64,000 nt of DNA from a virus (taxonomy: Duplodnaviria; Caudoviricetes), in the IMG/VR virus record IMGVR_UViG_3300027608_000010. The stretch is one strand, 5' to 3'. A program made the translations under genes and the position numbers. Position 1 is the first letter of the stretch. Every line of letters starts with the position of its first letter. This document shows positions 61,430 to 64,000 of this stretch, one piece after another. The notes beneath the pieces are model-generated. The model did no database searches. It saw only the letters and a program-made list of their open reading frames with translations, and was not told where the DNA came from.

Positions 61430-61443
61430 TATACATTGAAATC

Positions 61444-61475
61444 AAGAAAAGGGCACTAGTTGCCCTTTTTTCTTT
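61444..61475. terminator. Intrinsic terminator after pqqA (bidirectional-like)
   Basis: AAAAGGGCA-CTAGT-TGCCCTTTTTT. Confidence 0.85.
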
Positions 61476-61523
61476 ACTACGTTAGATAAATCTATATAAT
61501 AGAACGTCAACTTAGGAGATATC

Positions 61524-61769
61524 ATGTCAAGTCTAACTACTTATTTTGAAAACAAAGCATACAAACCCACATACTTTATTGGTGATCGTGTGTTTGGGCA
61601 TTACAATAAAATTCCATTTATAGCAAGCGTGGGCAATGACCGAGTTATAGGTCTTGATGGTCCGGACATCACAGTACATTTAGATTTACCTATCAAAGTA
61701 GATGGTGTAGTTAAGACTATGCTTATAGTCAAACACAAAGATATCAAGCCCTTAAAGGAGTTTAAATGA
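61524..61769 (+). CDS. Hypothetical protein
   Basis: 81 aa, AGGAG SD; YFIGDRVFG. Confidence 0.65.
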   Translation: MSSLTTYFENKAYKPTYFIGDRVFGHYNKIPFIASVGNDRVIGLDGPDITVHLDLPIKVDGVVKTMLIVKHKDIKPLKEFK

Positions 61770-61888
61770 TATTAGAAGTAATTGTATATGGATTTTTTAC
61801 AGCATTTGGATGGTGGGGTGCAAATCATTATATCATTGAACCCTATTTTCCACCTCCAATAGAGAAGAAAGAAGATTCAAAAAAATGA
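61766..61888 (+). CDS. 40-aa putative membrane peptide (not in track)
   Basis: MILEVIVYGFFTAFGWWGANHYIIEPYFPPPIEKKEDSKK; ATGA overlaps at both ends. Confidence 0.6.
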   Translation: MILEVIVYGFFTAFGWWGANHYIIEPYFPPPIEKKEDSKK

Positions 61889-62172
61889 GTACTGAACAAG
61901 ACAAATTCAACCATTCTAAGCGTTTACTCAAGGATGAAAACGCTATTAAAAAACAAACCAAAATTGCTAAATCAGCAGGTTTAAAAGTTGACGAACCGCA
62001 CAAGTTTGCTAAACATCATGCATTGGACTGTGGTAATCCAGAATGTTTTTTATGTGGTAATCCTAGAAAAACACATAAGGATAAGTTAACTACACAAGAG
62101 AAACGTCTCTTCCAAAATGTTGAGACCGTACGTGACAAACATAGTAATGGTTTAAAAAGTGACGACACCTGA
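61885..62172 (+). CDS. Hypothetical protein with a putative Zn site
   Basis: KHHALDCGNPECFLCGNPRK. Confidence 0.7.
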   Translation: MSTEQDKFNHSKRLLKDENAIKKQTKIAKSAGLKVDEPHKFAKHHALDCGNPECFLCGNPRKTHKDKLTTQEKRLFQNVETVRDKHSNGLKSDDT

Positions 62173-62632
62173 AGAGAGTAATAGTGCAAAGGGTCGTGAT
62201 AGTTTTGATGCTAATATCGGGGATTCATTAGTTCATTTTCTAAATCGTAACGTAACACCTTACGCCACAAGTACACTGGGACCTAAATTTGATTTGATTC
62301 CTGTAACTCAGCAAAAAGATATAATGATTAACCATGCTAGGATGTATGCCCAGCAAGAATATAACCGCATTATTGAATTAGTAACTGTATTACAAAAACA
62401 AGCCGATGACATCAAACGTAGATTAGAAGTTACTGATTTAGTATATTCCGCAGAATATAATTTTCAAATAGTAATGGGAAACTGTTATTGGCTAGTATGG
62501 CAAAAACGTCATTCCAAAACATTGTTAGTTCATACTGGGCCAACTGAATGGTCTACTGGAATTCCTGAAGACTATGAGTACATAATACAGGTTAAATATA
62601 TGGGTGATCATACCTGGCAAGAGATTGTGTGA
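62159..62632 (+). CDS. Conserved hypothetical protein (DUF2452-like)
   Basis: AQQEYNRI.E...VLQKQA..IKRR, Y.F....G..Y, GP.EW pattern. Confidence 0.55.
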   Translation: MTTPEESNSAKGRDSFDANIGDSLVHFLNRNVTPYATSTLGPKFDLIPVTQQKDIMINHARMYAQQEYNRIIELVTVLQKQADDIKRRLEVTDLVYSAEYNFQIVMGNCYWLVWQKRHSKTLLVHTGPTEWSTGIPEDYEYIIQVKYMGDHTWQEIV

Positions 62633-62650
62633 TTGTAATATTACTGTCAC
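62633..62650 (+). promoter_or_regulatory. Pho box (PhoB site)
   Basis: TTGTAAT-ATTA-CTGTCAC, two half-sites at 11-bp period, matching CTGTCAT-A(A/T)A(T/A)-CTGT(C/A)A(C/T). Confidence 0.6.
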
Positions 62651-62717
62651 ACAATTCCTTCTAAATATTAGACTACATAGAAAATTACCCAGGCTAAGAT
62701 TTTAAATAAATAATTGC

Positions 62718-62746
62718 TTGACATTTGTATATTTTAAGTATATAAT
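62718..62746 (+). promoter_or_regulatory. Consensus sigma70 promoter for the porin-like gene
   Basis: TTGACA-17 nt-TATAAT; ATAAATA at 62706-62712. Confidence 0.8.
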
Positions 62747-62783
62747 AGGTAAGTTAAACACAGTAAATTAAAAAGGAGAAATT

Positions 62784-63347
62784 ATGAAATTTACAAAACT
62801 AGCGGTTGCATTTGCAACATTATTGATTGCAGGTTCAGCAGTAGCGGGTGGCTATGCATCATTAGAATATTCTGATGAAACTAATCGTGCAACAGATGCC
62901 ACAAACATCAAAGAAGCAATTGTAATCGGCAACAAAGTTGGCGACACAGACTACAGCCTTAAAATGGAAAACAGCCAAACATCGTTCGGTAGTGGTTCTA
63001 TTACACAAGGTCTAGAAGTTCGTGTAAGACAATCTTTTGGTGCCAAGGGTGCTATCCGTCCTTATTTGGGTGTTCGTTTAGGTGAAAAGGTATCTAGTTC
63101 AACACACTTCAGTCACTATGCTGTTGATGCAGGAGTTAAAATTCCTCTTGGCTCAGGTTTTACTGGTGATGTAGGCGCACGTTATCGTGATGCATTTGAT
63201 ACATCAAACAACTACACTACGCAACGTGCCCATGTTGCAGTTGGTTATGACTTAACTAAACAAGACGCAGTTGCAGTTCGCTGGAGCCGTACCTGGGGTG
63301 ATGAAGAAAAAGACGCAGTACGTTTACAGTACACACGTAGTTTCTAA
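62784..63347 (+). CDS. Outer-membrane beta-barrel protein (small porin-like)
   Basis: Sec signal peptide, alternating amphipathic strands, C-terminal Y-x-x-x-F (YTRSF) BAM signal; AGGAG SD. Confidence 0.75.
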   Translation: MKFTKLAVAFATLLIAGSAVAGGYASLEYSDETNRATDATNIKEAIVIGNKVGDTDYSLKMENSQTSFGSGSITQGLEVRVRQSFGAKGAIRPYLGVRLGEKVSSSTHFSHYAVDAGVKIPLGSGFTGDVGARYRDAFDTSNNYTTQRAHVAVGYDLTKQDAVAVRWSRTWGDEEKDAVRLQYTRSF

Positions 63348-63350
63348 TTT

Positions 63351-63575
63351 GTGAGTAGCAGTAATAAATCACTGAGTGGATTTATTGAAGTCTTTGAGGG
63401 AAGGTTACACAAAATTCGTGACCAGCTTAAGGAAGAACTAGATAAATCCAAATCAGAAAGATCTAGGACAATGATTAAACATCTACTGCGTGACTACAAG
63501 AAACTTAATAAGTTTTTAAAAGAAGTCAGACATGAACATGCAAAGAAGTGTCCTCACTGTGGAAAACATATTTAA
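63351..63575 (+). CDS. Hypothetical coiled-coil protein with C-terminal CPHCG
   Basis: 74-aa ORF, GTG start. Confidence 0.6.
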   Translation: MSSSNKSLSGFIEVFEGRLHKIRDQLKEELDKSKSERSRTMIKHLLRDYKKLNKFLKEVRHEHAKKCPHCGKHI

Positions 63576-63581
63576 AATCGA

Positions 63582-63619
63582 CCGCAACGATTGAGCGGAC
63601 ACTGGAACTCGTAACCAGT
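63582..63619 (+). ncRNA. Small two-hairpin element before a terminator
   Basis: CCGC-AACGATTGA-GCGG and ACTGG-AACTCGTAA-CCAGT. Confidence 0.4.
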
Positions 63620-63622
63620 ACT

Positions 63623-63646
63623 AAGACCCGAAAGGGTCTTTTTTTT
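63623..63646 (+). terminator. Intrinsic terminator
   Basis: AAGACCC-GAAA-GGGTCTT followed by a T-run. Confidence 0.9.
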
Positions 63647-63691
63647 ACGACTGTGCTGGTTATAGGATAAATACGGTACAGGAGATACATT

Positions 63692-63946
63692 ATGAAAATT
63701 GAGCAAGCAATTGATTGGCAAAAAGTAAAGGCTAGCCTGCTCAAACAAATGAAGGGTATTGGATATAATCCTGACTTTAGTAAGATGATTAAGAATATTG
63801 ACTCAATGGTTACAAATTTGAGCAAGGTAGAAGTGGAAGCAAGAAGAATTCGCAAATCTAATATGATTCAAAATCAATTAGATGGCATCAACAAAGCTAT
63901 TGACCATTTAGAAAAGTTACTCTTGATAGCACAATTAATGAAGTAA
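63692..63946 (+). CDS. Hypothetical protein (late promoter)
   Basis: ATAAATA at 63667-63673, AGGAG SD. Confidence 0.65.
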   Translation: MKIEQAIDWQKVKASLLKQMKGIGYNPDFSKMIKNIDSMVTNLSKVEVEARRIRKSNMIQNQLDGINKAIDHLEKLLLIAQLMK

Positions 63947-63968
63947 CAATTAATATTGCCTTTCTTGG

Positions 63969-63997
63969 TTGACAATAAATCATGCCTGTAGTATACT
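63969..63997 (+). promoter_or_regulatory. Sigma70 promoter for a gene beyond the window
   Basis: TTGACA-17 nt-TATACT. Confidence 0.75.
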
Positions 63998-64000
63998 TAC

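Noticed and set aside
60872-61439. Track ORFs 60872-61096, 60978-61181 and 61248-61439
   Set aside because: They overlap the tmRNA and pqqA, which explain the sequence better.
1-64000. CRISPR arrays, IS elements, integrase, homing endonucleases, inteins, tRNAs
   Set aside because: No repeat-spacer periodicity or recognisable motifs found by eye; a subtle intein in the giant protein cannot be fully excluded.

Overview
AT-rich 64-kb segment of a large T4-like (myovirus, probably jumbo) phage. Left arm, mostly minus strand: portal (partial), tape-measure-like protein with an M15 peptidase motif, gp26/gp51-like pair, Hjc-type resolvase, gp46/gp47 and the gp55 late sigma factor. Centre, plus strand: baseplate module (gp48/54-, gp53-, gp27-, gp5-, gp25- and gp6-like), a 5507-aa virion protein and tail-fibre-like genes. 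From 41.6 to 60.3 kb lies a ~19-kb glycan/cyclitol-modification cluster: several glycosyltransferase-like genes, radical SAM, three SGNH proteins, nucleotidyltransferase, cupin, RuBisCO-like protein, APH-fold kinase, EEVS-type sedoheptulose-7-phosphate cyclase, SDR and carbamoyltransferase. The right end is an accessory region with a circularly permuted (two-piece) tmRNA, a pqqA precursor peptide missed by the ORF track, and a porin-like gene behind a Pho box. Best leads: (1) a phage C7-cyclitol (carbasugar) pathway coupled to an RLP; (2) a ~350-nt hairpin-dense non-coding region directly after the resolvase; (3) phage pqqA; (4) permuted tmRNA; (5) a T_TTT_TTC -1 frameshift site that would fuse the gp26-like and gp51-like ORFs. 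All protein calls rest on motif recognition by eye; no searches were run.
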